A stretch of DNA of 64,000 bases from an uncultured delta proteobacterium. Its GTDB lineage: Bacteria; Myxococcota_A; UBA9160; UBA4427. This document shows positions 26,725 to 36,580 of this stretch, in pieces. Within the stretch, counting starts at the first letter, position 1. Each line of letters begins with the position of its first letter. The notes under the pieces were generated by a model. That model did no database searches and was not told the DNA's origin. It was given only the letters and a program-made list of their open reading frames with translations. The translations under genes and the position numbers were made by a program. Location: contig CAWGJT010000005.1 in the NCBI GenBank assembly GCA_963822965.1, positions 896,001 through 960,000 of the forward strand, in the 5' to 3' direction.

Positions 26725-28169
26725 GAGGCGGCCACCTTCGCTTCGCGCTTCGACGCCTCGAGGCGCTGGCGCTCGGGGCGCTCGCGGTAGAAGTCGTCCA
26801 GCGGGTAGCAGCCGGAGACCATCCCCTGACGCGGGGCGGTGGTGCAGTCGCTGAAGGTGCGGCACACGAGCCCCCGGCGCAGGGGACGACCGGCCAGCAC
26901 GTCCGCGGGCAGCTCGGGGTACGAGAGCACCATGCGCCCGAGCCCCACGGCGTCGAACCAGCCAGCCCGCACGCAGGCCTGGGCGACGTGGGGCACGAAG
27001 TCCTGCAGGTAGCTCCAGCCCGAGGACACCACCACGGCCCCTGGCGCGGCCGCCTTCACCCGGCGTGCCGCATCGAGAAGCCGCGCCACGCCCCGCAGCG
27101 GATCCTCGGGCGGTGCGTAGCCGTCGCTCGGCGGAAACGCGGCCGGCCGCTGCACGTGGGGCACGTAGTAGGGGCTGCCGGCCGTCACGTTCAGCCAGCG
27201 GACCCCCCGCTCCACCAGGTGACGCACCAGGGCCAGGGGCTCCTCCCAGCCGGTCTCGCGGGGGTCTCGGGGATCGACCCCGAAGCCCTCGCGATACGGG
27301 GTCGTGAAGGGCTCGGGCTCGCCGCTTCCGGGCCGGTGCGGGACGCGATCGAACACCGACAGGCGCACGCCGACGGCGAGCCCGGGTGCGGCCGTCCGGA
27401 TCGCGTCGAGCAGCGCGTCCGCGAGCCGCAGCCGATCCGCGAGCTCCGGGCCGCCGAAGCGACCGCTCCGCTTGCGGGCCGAGAGAACCTCGTGCAGCAG
27501 GTAGCCGTGGCAGTGCTTCAGATCGACGAACCCGAAGCCCTCGGACTGCGCGAGCGCGGCCGCCCGCGCGTAGCGACCCACGAGCGCGTCGAGCTCGGCG
27601 TCGCTCAGGACGGCCGCGTCGTCCTCGACCCCCACGCGCCGGTCGAGGATCGAGTGGCGATACGCGACGCGGGGCGCCGGACCGGCGGCCGTGGGCCGCG
27701 ACCAACGGCCGCTGTGGGTGAGCTGCAGCCCGACGAAGGGCGCCGGCAGGCCGGCCCGCTCGGCCTCTTCCAGCAACGCCGCACGCAGCCCTCCGATGGC
27801 GGCGGCGGTCTCGTCCGTCAGCACGAGCTGGTTCGGGTTGGCGCGGCCGTCGGCCTGGACGGCGACCGCCTCGCCCCCCCAAACCCAGGCCGCCCCCGAG
27901 CGCCCGAAACGCCGCCAGCGCCGCTCGGTCAGCGGCGACGGACGCCCGTCCGTGTCGGCGTCCCAGCCCTCCATGGGCTGCACGACGAAGCGGTTGGCGA
28001 GGGTCACGCGCACGTCTCCGGCTTCGAGCTCCAGCGTCTCGGCCAGGGGCGACCCGGGCGCCGCCAGCACCTCGTCGTCCACCGGCAGCGCGGTGCCGAG
28101 GGTCGCGACGTGGGCCCGCAGGCGCGCCGGGGTCTTGAGCGCAGCGAGCTTGGGGAACCGTCGCGTCAT
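26721..28169 (-). CDS. NADH:flavin oxidoreductase (old yellow enzyme family)
   Basis: NRFVVQPMEG, LQLTHSGR, GFGFVDLKHCHGYLLHE, VGLGR. Confidence 0.85.
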   Translation of the reverse strand: MTRRFPKLAALKTPARLRAHVATLGTALPVDDEVLAAPGSPLAETLELEAGDVRVTLANRFVVQPMEGWDADTDGRPSPLTERRWRRFGRSGAAWVWGGEAVAVQADGRANPNQLVLTDETAAAIGGLRAALLEEAERAGLPAPFVGLQLTHSGRWSRPTAAGPAPRVAYRHSILDRRVGVEDDAAVLSDAELDALVGRYARAAALAQSEGFGFVDLKHCHGYLLHEVLSARKRSGRFGGPELADRLRLADALLDAIRTAAPGLAVGVRLSVFDRVPHRPGSGEPEPFTTPYREGFGVDPRDPRETGWEEPLALVRHLVERGVRWLNVTAGSPYYVPHVQRPAAFPPSDGYAPPEDPLRGVARLLDAARRVKAAAPGAVVVSSGWSYLQDFVPHVAQACVRAGWFDAVGLGRMVLSYPELPADVLAGRPLRRGLVCRTFSDCTTAPRQGMVSGCYPLDDFYRERPERQRLEASKREAKVAAS

Positions 28170-29848
28170 ACGGGCAGGATCTCGACGGAGAGGCGCGCCG
28201 GCAGCGAGGCGCCGATGCGCAGGCAGCGCGGGTGGAAGCTGGGCGACCAGAGCGCGTCGCCGTCTCCATAGCCGTAACGGTCCACCTGCAGGGCGTGACC
28301 GGAGCCGCCGCTGTGTCGAACCGCCAGCCGCCGCTCGCCCGGTCCCCCCAGAATCGTGCCGCCCGTCCCGGGAAGCGCGACGGGTGCCGAAAGCGGCACA
28401 CCGTCCTCGTCGAAGAGCGACTGGTCCGGCCGCGCCGCCAGCTCGAGCAGCGCGTTGGCGCGCTCCGGACCCTCGAGCGCAATCTCGAGACCCACCCGAA
28501 CCCCGGGGCCGAAGCGAACGCGCAGGCTCGCCCGGATGGCCGGCACCGGGTGGCCCGGGCGCCGCTCGTCGGGGGCGTCGCGGTGGAACTGCGGAAGCCG
28601 CACGGCCTCGCTTCCCGGGGCCGTGCTCATCCGCAGGGTCATTCCGTCGGGCTCCATGGTCCGCACTTCGGTGTACAGCCGATTCCAGCCGGTGGCGTGC
28701 CCCAGCAGGCGCGCGCCTTCCAGCGCGCAGCCGCCCCAGTGCACCTCGAGGAGGTTCGGGCCGGGCCCGGCCGCGGCGGCGAAGGCACCGCTCCGGTAGA
28801 CGACGAGCCCGCTGGCCTCCAGACGCCGAAGACCCGCTTCGGACCGGGACGTCCCCGGCTCGTCCTCGGGGCCGTCCTCGACACCGAGACGCAGCCAGCG
28901 CAGCAGGTGCTCGGCGCAGAGCGCCGAGACCGTCGACGGATACAGCTTCGCCTTCCCGGACTCGCCCAGCGGCGGCGTCACGACCGCGGCCATGAGGCCC
29001 GGCGCCGTGCGCGAGCGCCACAGCTTGGCCAGGCAACGGCGCGCCCGGGAGACGTCCCCGAGCCGCGCGAAGACCGTGGCCGCCCGCGCGTAGCCGTCCG
29101 TCGAGCCGTCGGTGTCGTAGCGGGCGCTCCCGACGCTCGCGAAGTCGCCGTCCGGCATCAGCGTCGCCCGCAGGTAGCCCAGGCTGCGGCGCGCCAGATC
29201 CCCGAGGTCGCGGCGGCCCTGCAGCTCCTCGAGATCGAGGAAGAAGTCGTTGCTGACGACGGCGTACTTGGGCGATCCCTCGGAGTACGCGCCGTCGGCG
29301 TCGATGTCGATGGTGGCTCGGGTCCAGTCGTCGGCCGCGCGGGCGAAGGCCGGCTCTCCCAGCACGCGCGCCGCATGGGCGAGCCCGCCGGCCGCCACCC
29401 AACGGTGATTCGCGGTGTTCATGCCGCCGTCCACACACGCCCCGGCCGCCCGCCGGAGCACGCCGGCCAGGCGCTCGCGCCGGGCGCCGTCGAGGCCGTC
29501 GGGCCAGTCGGCGAGCGCCGTCGCCAGGGGACGCAGCCCGAAGGCCGCGTTGCAGGGCGCCGCGAGGTCGCCGCAGAAGCCCGCGTCGAAGGTGCCGTCG
29601 GGCCGCTGGATGCGGTCGAGAAAATCGACGAGGCCGGTCGCGAGTGCCGCGTCCTCTTCGCCGCCCCGAAGCCGGCAGGCCTCGACGGCCACGGGTACGG
29701 TGAAGAGCTCGGGCCACTGCAGGGGAATCCGGGCCACCGGGCACGGGATGGCGCCGGCGTGCTCCGCGGGCGCCGCTCGCTGCCAGCGGCGAGCCGTCGC
29801 CGCAAACGCGAGCACGTGCCCTTCCACCATCTCCCGCGTCACCGACAT
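28166..29848 (-). CDS. Hypothetical protein (possible alpha-toroid carbohydrate lyase-like)
   Basis: 560 aa in operon; NTANHRW and YSEGSPKY resemble heparinase/alginate-lyase N-domains (weak). Confidence 0.5.
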   Translation of the reverse strand: MSVTREMVEGHVLAFAATARRWQRAAPAEHAGAIPCPVARIPLQWPELFTVPVAVEACRLRGGEEDAALATGLVDFLDRIQRPDGTFDAGFCGDLAAPCNAAFGLRPLATALADWPDGLDGARRERLAGVLRRAAGACVDGGMNTANHRWVAAGGLAHAARVLGEPAFARAADDWTRATIDIDADGAYSEGSPKYAVVSNDFFLDLEELQGRRDLGDLARRSLGYLRATLMPDGDFASVGSARYDTDGSTDGYARAATVFARLGDVSRARRCLAKLWRSRTAPGLMAAVVTPPLGESGKAKLYPSTVSALCAEHLLRWLRLGVEDGPEDEPGTSRSEAGLRRLEASGLVVYRSGAFAAAAGPGPNLLEVHWGGCALEGARLLGHATGWNRLYTEVRTMEPDGMTLRMSTAPGSEAVRLPQFHRDAPDERRPGHPVPAIRASLRVRFGPGVRVGLEIALEGPERANALLELAARPDQSLFDEDGVPLSAPVALPGTGGTILGGPGERRLAVRHSGGSGHALQVDRYGYGDGDALWSPSFHPRCLRIGASLPARLSVEILPV

Positions 29849-29873
29849 GAATGCGACTCCCGATCGCTCCCGA

Positions 29874-30548
29874 CTAGTGTCCCGTCTCGGAAGCTCGGCG
29901 CCGAACGAGCGCGAGGGTCGCGAGCGCCACCGTGCCGGCGAGGGGCCCTGCAGGCTCGGGCACGACGAAGATGTTGTCGACGTCGAGGGAACCCCCGGCG
30001 CCCGAGGTTCCCAAGGCGCTCGGCGCTCCGGTCTGGTGACGGAACATCACCCGCGCGAGCCCCGCGTGAAGCGCCGCATAGGTTCCGTTCGCGGAGACCT
30101 GGCTCAGGTCCGCTTCCAGGATGGAGTACGTGTAGCTTCGCCAGACTCCGTCGTCCGGAACCGCCTGGGCGACGGTCGAGGTAAAGCGCTCGTCCGTGGT
30201 CGGCCCGAAGAGCACGAGGCGCACCTCCAGGGTGCCCTCACCGACCGATCGCATCATGTCGATCTCGATGTCCGTGGCCGCGGGGTCGATCGTCCCGGCC
30301 AGGTCGGTGTTGAAGGCCGCAAGGTGGTCTCCCGTCCCCGGATCGATCTGGAGGAAGGCGTCATCGACGCCCATCGGACCGCCGCTCGGGACGTTGCTGG
30401 TGTTCTCCGCCGGCGAGCTCCAGCCCTGCAGCGTCCCGTCTTCGAAGTCGAAGAGCGTGCCGGGCTCCAGGTCCGCCCGGGCCGCCGGCGCCAGCAGCAC
30501 GACGGACAGCAGGGTGAAGAGAGGAGCGCGCAGCAGCATCGGCACCAT
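29874..30548 (-). CDS. Secreted protein with PEP-CTERM-like sorting signal
   Basis: Signal peptide; C-terminal VPEP + hydrophobic helix + RRR. Confidence 0.8.
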   Translation of the reverse strand: MVPMLLRAPLFTLLSVVLLAPAARADLEPGTLFDFEDGTLQGWSSPAENTSNVPSGGPMGVDDAFLQIDPGTGDHLAAFNTDLAGTIDPAATDIEIDMMRSVGEGTLEVRLVLFGPTTDERFTSTVAQAVPDDGVWRSYTYSILEADLSQVSANGTYAALHAGLARVMFRHQTGAPSALGTSGAGGSLDVDNIFVVPEPAGPLAGTVALATLALVRRRASETGH

Positions 30549-30624
30549 CCTTTCGCTTCCGGCTCGCGTTCCCGGGCCAGCCGTCGGACCCGTCGGACCA
30601 GTCGGCCAGCATAGCCGGCCGGGA

Positions 30625-31734
30625 TCAGCCCGCCGTGGCGTCGGACAGGGCCGCCAGCCCGTCGAGGGAGATGCGCGCCATGCGGATCTCCGTGGGCAGG
30701 AAGAGCGCCAGCAGCCAGGGCCAGTCCCGGTCGATGCGGCTCGTGTAGTAGTCGATGAAGCCGACACCGTCCTGCAGCACCACGCCCGCGTACGAGGTAT
30801 CGCCGGAGCTCGGCAGGTCCGACAGGTGTACGAGTCGATCCGGCTCCACCCGGAAGATCGCCGTGCGCTTGCGGGACAGGAGCCCGCCCAGGCTCGTGAG
30901 CGGGCCGCGCGGCCCCACCTGGTTTCGCGCCACGGCGAAGACCGTGCCGGCATGGGTGAAGAGCACGGGACCGTCGAGCCGCGTCACCCGGCTGCGCGTG
31001 GTCTGCCATGTCTCGTACGGCGGCGCGGCGACGGCCAGCAGGGTGCAGGCGTCAGGGTTGCCGAGGATGCGGTCGGGGGTGATCTCCAGGCGCGCGGTCG
31101 CCAGCAGGCGTCCGTCAGCCAGGAACTCGATGGCGGTCTCGTCGTTGCCGTCGCCCTCGTGGATGCAGGACACCTGCTCCCAGCGGAGGCCGTCCTCGGA
31201 GCGCAGCAGGATCGATTCGCCGTGGTCGTGCCAGTAGGCGGGGACGTACCACGTCTTGCCGCCGTCCGGGCTCTTGGGACGCCAGAAGAGCCACCCCTTG
31301 GGCCCCACCTTCTCGAACCCGCTCCAGCTCCGGCCGTCGTCGCTCGTCGCGAGCACCGTATGGGTGGGGGTGGCGGTGATGCCGTGGTTCGGAAGCGCGT
31401 AGAGGAAGAGCCGCCCGCCGACGACGGCGAGCTTCGGATCGCGGATGTCGTGCCCCGGGACACGCAGGGTGGCGAGGGTCTCCCAGGCGCGTCCGTCCCG
31501 CGAGCGCTTCACCAGCAGCCGCGACCGCGTCGACGCCAGGTGCCACGGCGAGGCGGCGTGCACCAGCAGCAGCTCTCCCTGCCACTCGATCATGTCGGTG
31601 TTGGAGTTGTGGATGCCGTCCGAGACGATGGACCAGTGCTCGAGAGAGAGGCGCGGATCGACGTCGTGGTCGGCGCGGCGCAGGTACACGTACAGCGCGA
31701 ATCCGACGAGGACGAGCAGCAGCAGGGTGTCCAC
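30625..31734 (-). CDS. BNR/Asp-box beta-propeller (sialidase-like) protein
   Basis: SRDGRAW, SDDGRSW and SEDGLRW Asp-boxes; GDTSYAG. Confidence 0.75.
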   Translation of the reverse strand: MDTLLLLVLVGFALYVYLRRADHDVDPRLSLEHWSIVSDGIHNSNTDMIEWQGELLLVHAASPWHLASTRSRLLVKRSRDGRAWETLATLRVPGHDIRDPKLAVVGGRLFLYALPNHGITATPTHTVLATSDDGRSWSGFEKVGPKGWLFWRPKSPDGGKTWYVPAYWHDHGESILLRSEDGLRWEQVSCIHEGDGNDETAIEFLADGRLLATARLEITPDRILGNPDACTLLAVAAPPYETWQTTRSRVTRLDGPVLFTHAGTVFAVARNQVGPRGPLTSLGGLLSRKRTAIFRVEPDRLVHLSDLPSSGDTSYAGVVLQDGVGFIDYYTSRIDRDWPWLLALFLPTEIRMARISLDGLAALSDATAG

Positions 31735-31886
31735 GATGCCTCCTCCGGGCGCGGCGCGATGCGTCGACGAGCATCCGCCTTCGGAAGGGGCATGTAAAGC
31801 CCGCGGCGGCATCCCCCGCCTGCCGGATCGGGGCTACGTTCTCCCGGCGTGATCCCCGAACCGCGAAGGTTCCAGGAGTCCTGCTC

Positions 31887-32873
31887 ATGCGCATCTCGAT
31901 CGGCCTTCCCCCCGGCCCCCAGGCGCGGCGCGTCGCCGTCCTCGCCGAGGAGCTCGGCTACGACCGGGTCTGGCTCTACGACTCGGCGGCCCTCTACGAA
32001 GACATCTGGATCCACCTGGGCGGCATCGCCGAGGCCACCGAGCGGATCGGGCTCGGCACCGCGGTGCTGGTGCCGAACCTGCGTCACGTGATGACCACTG
32101 CCGCGGCCATCGCCACAATCGACCGGCTGGCACCGGGACGCCTCGCCTGCGCGATCGGCACCGGCTTCACGGCGCGTCTCGTGCTCGGCCAGAAGGCCCT
32201 GCCCTGGCGTACGGTGCGCACCTACGTGGAGCAGCTCAAGGGCCTGCTGCGGGGCGACGTGGTGGAGATCGACGGCAAGCCGTGCCAGATGATCCACCAC
32301 CCGCAGCTCGCGAAGCCCCGGCCCATCGACGTGCCGATCCTGCTCTCGGCCTTCGGCCCGAAGGGAATGGCGATCACCCGGGAGATCGCCGACGGCTGGA
32401 TCGGGATCGCGCCCCCCGCCGAGCGCTTCGAGCAGGCGGTGCAGATGGTCAACGGCACCGTGCTCGAGCCGGGCGAGTCCCGCGCGTCGGCCCGGGTGGT
32501 GGACGCGGTGGGACCGTGGCACGCGGTCGTCTACCACGGGGTGTGGTCCGGCTCGCCCGAGGGCGTCGACGCCATGCCGGGGGGCGCGGCGTGGCGCGCC
32601 CGCGTGGAGGCCGATCGACCGGCCGACCAACGGCACCTGGCCGTCCACGAGGGGCACTGCACCCACCTGACCGACCGCGACCGGCTGATCTTCGACGCCC
32701 TGGGCGAGGACGTGGCCTGGATGGGGCTCGTCGGCTCGCCCGAGGAGGTGTGCAAGCGCGTCGAGGCGTCCGCCGCGGCCGGGATCAGCGAGATCCTCTA
32801 CACGCCGGCCGGCAGCGACCTCGCGCGGGAGACGCGCGCCTTCTACGACGCGGTGTCCTCGCTGCAGGGCTGA
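31887..32873 (+). CDS. LLM-class flavin-dependent oxidoreductase
   Basis: AEELGYDRVWLYD, TERIGLGTAV, APGRL..AIGTG. Confidence 0.88.
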   Translation: MRISIGLPPGPQARRVAVLAEELGYDRVWLYDSAALYEDIWIHLGGIAEATERIGLGTAVLVPNLRHVMTTAAAIATIDRLAPGRLACAIGTGFTARLVLGQKALPWRTVRTYVEQLKGLLRGDVVEIDGKPCQMIHHPQLAKPRPIDVPILLSAFGPKGMAITREIADGWIGIAPPAERFEQAVQMVNGTVLEPGESRASARVVDAVGPWHAVVYHGVWSGSPEGVDAMPGGAAWRARVEADRPADQRHLAVHEGHCTHLTDRDRLIFDALGEDVAWMGLVGSPEEVCKRVEASAAAGISEILYTPAGSDLARETRAFYDAVSSLQG

Positions 32874-32876
32874 GAC

Positions 32877-34181
32877 GTGCCGCCGGACGCGCGCACGCGC
32901 TACGCCCAGGTGGGGCTCGGCATCCGCTCGTGGATCTTCTCCCTGGCCCTGGCCCGAGACTACGCGGCAGAGGGCCTGCTGGTGGGCCTCTGCGACGACA
33001 ACGCGGGGCGACTCGCGCACCGCTGCAACTGGGCGCAGGACGCGGGCCTCGACGTGCGCGGATACGCGGCGGCCGACTTCGACCGCATGCTCGCGGAGTG
33101 CCGTCCCGACTGCGTCATCGTGACGCCCCCGGATCGCGACCACGCCGACTACGTCTGCCGCGCCATGGAGAACGGCTGCGACGTCGTCTGCGAGAAGCCC
33201 CTCACCATCGACGCCCCGAGCCTGCAGCGCATCCTCGACACCCGGCGCGCCACCGGACGCCGGGTGCGCGTGACCTTCAACTACCGCTACTCGCCCTACC
33301 GCGCCCAGGTGAAGGAGCTGCTGGCCGCCGGCGAGATCGGCGAGGTGCTCTCCGTCGACTTCCACTGGCTGCTGGACACGGCCCACGGCGCCGACTACTT
33401 CCGCCGCTGGCACCGCAACAAGGCGAACTCCGGCGGGCTGCTGGTCCACAAGGCCAGCCACCACTTCGACCTGGTGAACTGGTGGCTGGACAGCGTCCCG
33501 GAGCACGTGCAGGCCTCCGGGGGCCGCCGCTTCTATACGCCCGAGACGGCGGCCCGTCTCGGCCTCGGACGCGCGGCGGCCCGATGCCTCGACTGCCCCG
33601 AGGCCGGACGCTGCCCGTTCCACCTCGACCTGCGGGAGCAGAAGCTCCTGGGCGCGCTCTACCTCGCCCACGAGCAGCACGACGGCTACTGGCGCGACCG
33701 CTGCGTGTGGAGCGACGAGATCGACATCGAGGACACCATGAACGTGCTCGTCGACTACCGCTCGGGCGCACGCATGAGCTACTCGCTGAACGCCTTCATG
33801 CCGCGCGAGGGCTACACGATCTCCTTCAACGGAACCCGGGGCCGTCTCGACCACGTGTGCGAGGAGTCGAGCTACGTCAGCGGCTCGAGCCCGTTCGCCG
33901 GCGTCGTCGACGCCGAACGCACGACGATCCGCCTGCAGCCGCACTTCGGCAGGGCCCGGGACGTGCCCATCGAGGCGGGTGGCGGCAGCCACGGCGGCGG
34001 CGACGCCCGGCTGCTGCGGGATCTCTTCGCACCCGACCCGCACGACGATCCGCTCGGGCGCGCGGCGGACCACCGGTCGGGTGCCTGGTCGATCCTGACG
34101 GGCATCGCGGCCAATCGCTCGATCGCTACGGGAGAGCGCGTGAACGTGCCGGGCCTGGTATCCGGGCTCGAGCTGCCCTGA
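32877..34181 (+). CDS. Gfo/Idh/MocA family oxidoreductase
   Basis: VCEKP, FNYRY, HGADYFRRWH, HKASHHFD, HGGGD. Confidence 0.9.
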   Translation: MPPDARTRYAQVGLGIRSWIFSLALARDYAAEGLLVGLCDDNAGRLAHRCNWAQDAGLDVRGYAAADFDRMLAECRPDCVIVTPPDRDHADYVCRAMENGCDVVCEKPLTIDAPSLQRILDTRRATGRRVRVTFNYRYSPYRAQVKELLAAGEIGEVLSVDFHWLLDTAHGADYFRRWHRNKANSGGLLVHKASHHFDLVNWWLDSVPEHVQASGGRRFYTPETAARLGLGRAAARCLDCPEAGRCPFHLDLREQKLLGALYLAHEQHDGYWRDRCVWSDEIDIEDTMNVLVDYRSGARMSYSLNAFMPREGYTISFNGTRGRLDHVCEESSYVSGSSPFAGVVDAERTTIRLQPHFGRARDVPIEAGGGSHGGGDARLLRDLFAPDPHDDPLGRAADHRSGAWSILTGIAANRSIATGERVNVPGLVSGLELP

Positions 34182-34255
34182 TCCGCCCCAGCGCGCAGGC
34201 CGTCCATCCCCTTCCGGTCCTTCCGGCCGACCCGAAGGCCGCTACCGTGCGGGGC

Positions 34256-35902
34256 GTGGAGCCCGAGCCGAACCGCGACCCCATGCCGGAGGGCCTGCTC
34301 GAAGCCCTCTCCCAGCCCGACGCGTACCCCGACGACCCGAGCGCCAGCCGGGGAGTCGAAGTCGTCCAGACCCACATCTCGCACGTCTTCCTCACGCAGG
34401 ACCGGGTCTACAAGCTGCGCAAGGTCGTCGACGTGGGCTTCATCTCCTTCCTGGGCCGCGGTGCCCGCAACGAGGACTGCCTCCGCGAGCTCCACCTGAA
34501 CCGCCGCCTGTCGCCGGACGTGTACCTGGGCATCGCGCCCTTCGAGCGGCTGGACGACGGCTTCGTGGTGGGGGCGCTGCTGGCGGATCCGACGTCCCTG
34601 CCCGACGAGGAGCACTGCGTGGTCATGCGCCGGCTGCCCGAACGGCCGCGACGCGCGGAGCCTGCTGGAGGCCGGCCGGCTCCAGCCCGGGCAGCTCGAC
34701 CGGGTGGCGGTGTTGCTGGCCGAGTTCCACCGCCAGCACGGCCTCGGACGACCGAGCCCCTTCTCCCCGGCCGAGTGGCGGGAGCGCATCTGGCGGCCGG
34801 TGGAGGCGAACTTCACGTCGCTGCTCGAGCGCGGCCAGGGGGTGGTTGCGCCGGACGAACGTCCACGCCCTGCGCGAGCACGCGCTGCGGGTCTTCGCGC
34901 GCATCGAGACGGCGCCCTGGAAGAGCGGCGCCTCGCAGGGCGCGCCGTGGACGCCCACGGCGACCTGCACCTGGAGCACGTCTGGTTCGAGCAAGACGAC
35001 TCGCCGCCCCTGGTCATCGACTGCCTCGAGTTCAACGACGAGCTGCGGCGCATCGACGCCGCCTCGGAGCTGGCCTTCCTGACGATGGACCTGGGCTATC
35101 GCGGGCGGCGGGACCTCGGGGAGCGACTGCTGCAAACGCTATGCCGCCGCCGCGGACGACTACGGCCTCTATCGCGTGGTCGACTTCTTCGTGAGCTACC
35201 GCGCCGCGGTACGCGCCAAGGTGGAGACCCTGGCGGCGGGCGACCCGGCCATCCCCGAGGACCAACGCGACCACGCGAACGAGCAGCGCCCGCCGCCGCC
35301 TCGCCTTCGCCACCCGCGCCCTCGAAGAGGCCCCGCCCGGCCGCGTCTTCCTCACCGGCGGAATCATCGGCGCCGGCAAGAGCACCGCGGCCCGGGCCGT
35401 CTCCGACGCCACCGGCGCCGTGGTGATCGCGTCGGACGTGGTGCGGCGGCAGGTCTTCGGCGCGCCGGACTCCCGCCAGCCCGCCGGATGGCGGGAGGAG
35501 CGCTACGGCGCCGAGGCCGTGGAGCGCGTCTACCGGGAGATCTTCGCGCGCGCCGAGTCGGTGCTGGCCTCGGGGCGCTCCCTGGTGCTCGACGCCAGCT
35601 GGTCGTCTCGGGCGCGACGCGATCACGCCCGGGCCTGGGCGGAGCGCCTCGGCGCCCACCCGGTCTTCGTCGAGGTGCGCTGCCCCCGCGACGTCACGCT
35701 CGCGCGGCTCGAGGCGCGCAAGCGGGCCGGTCGCGACCCGTCGGACGCCGGCCCCGAGATCTACGACGCCTTTGCGGCATCCTTCGATCCCGTGCACGAT
35801 TCCGAGTGGCCGGCCGGCGACCACCTCGTCGCGTGGACCGACCGCGACCGCTGGCAGGACGCGCTACGCGCGCAGATCCGATCCGAACGAGGTGCACGCT
35901 GA
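34256..35902 (+). CDS. Bifunctional APH-like phosphotransferase / P-loop kinase (Rv2004c-like), frameshifted in this assembly
   Basis: QTHISHVF, HGDLHLEH, DCLEFN, YRAAVRAKV, GGIIGAGKST and DPSDA found across several frames. Confidence 0.8.
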
Positions 35903-35918
35903 GCACCGGAGACGCTCC

Positions 35919-36371
35919 ATGTACGCTTTTCTCGACTACCGCACCTGCGACACCATGACCGCCGACCCCGTGACCGTGGGCCCCGAGACCTCCCTCGCCG
36001 AGGCGGAGGCCGTGTTCGAGGAGCACCAGTTCAACGCGCTCCCGGTCGTCGACGCGGAGCGCCAGCTGCTCGGCGTGTTCACGAAGCTCGACCTCCTGAA
36101 GGCATTCCGGCACCGGGACGACCGCATGTTCCCGCCCTACGACGAGATCATGCGCCAGCCGGTCTCGTCGTTCATGACCTTCGAGCGCGACCTCGCGACC
36201 GCCACGCCGCGCATGCCCCTCACCCGGGTGCTCGAGAAGATGGTGGTGGGCCGATCGAAGAGCCTGCCCGTCGTCGACGCAGGCGTGCTCGTCGGCGTGG
36301 TCGCCCGCGAGGACGTGATGAAGGCTCTGCGGCGAGCCGTCGCCGGCGAGGTCCCTACCGATCCCATCTAG
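35919..36371 (+). CDS. CBS domain protein
   Basis: Two CBS repeats (LPVVD..LLGV; LPVVD..LVGVV). Confidence 0.88.
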   Translation: MYAFLDYRTCDTMTADPVTVGPETSLAEAEAVFEEHQFNALPVVDAERQLLGVFTKLDLLKAFRHRDDRMFPPYDEIMRQPVSSFMTFERDLATATPRMPLTRVLEKMVVGRSKSLPVVDAGVLVGVVAREDVMKALRRAVAGEVPTDPI

Positions 36372-36580
36372 CGTCCCGGGGCGGGGCGCTGGGTGTCCTG
36401 CGCTCCATGGCTCGCTGGTCTTCGGAGCAGGTCTCGGGGCCGGGTTGCTTCGGAAACGCTGAAACGCTTCGGGGCGTCGGGGGCTGCGCTCTACTTCCGC
36501 GCAGGACACCCAGCGCCCCGCCCAGAGCCAGAGCCAGAGCCGGGCGCAGCTCGGCTGCGCCCGGCTGGAACGGTCTGCGC

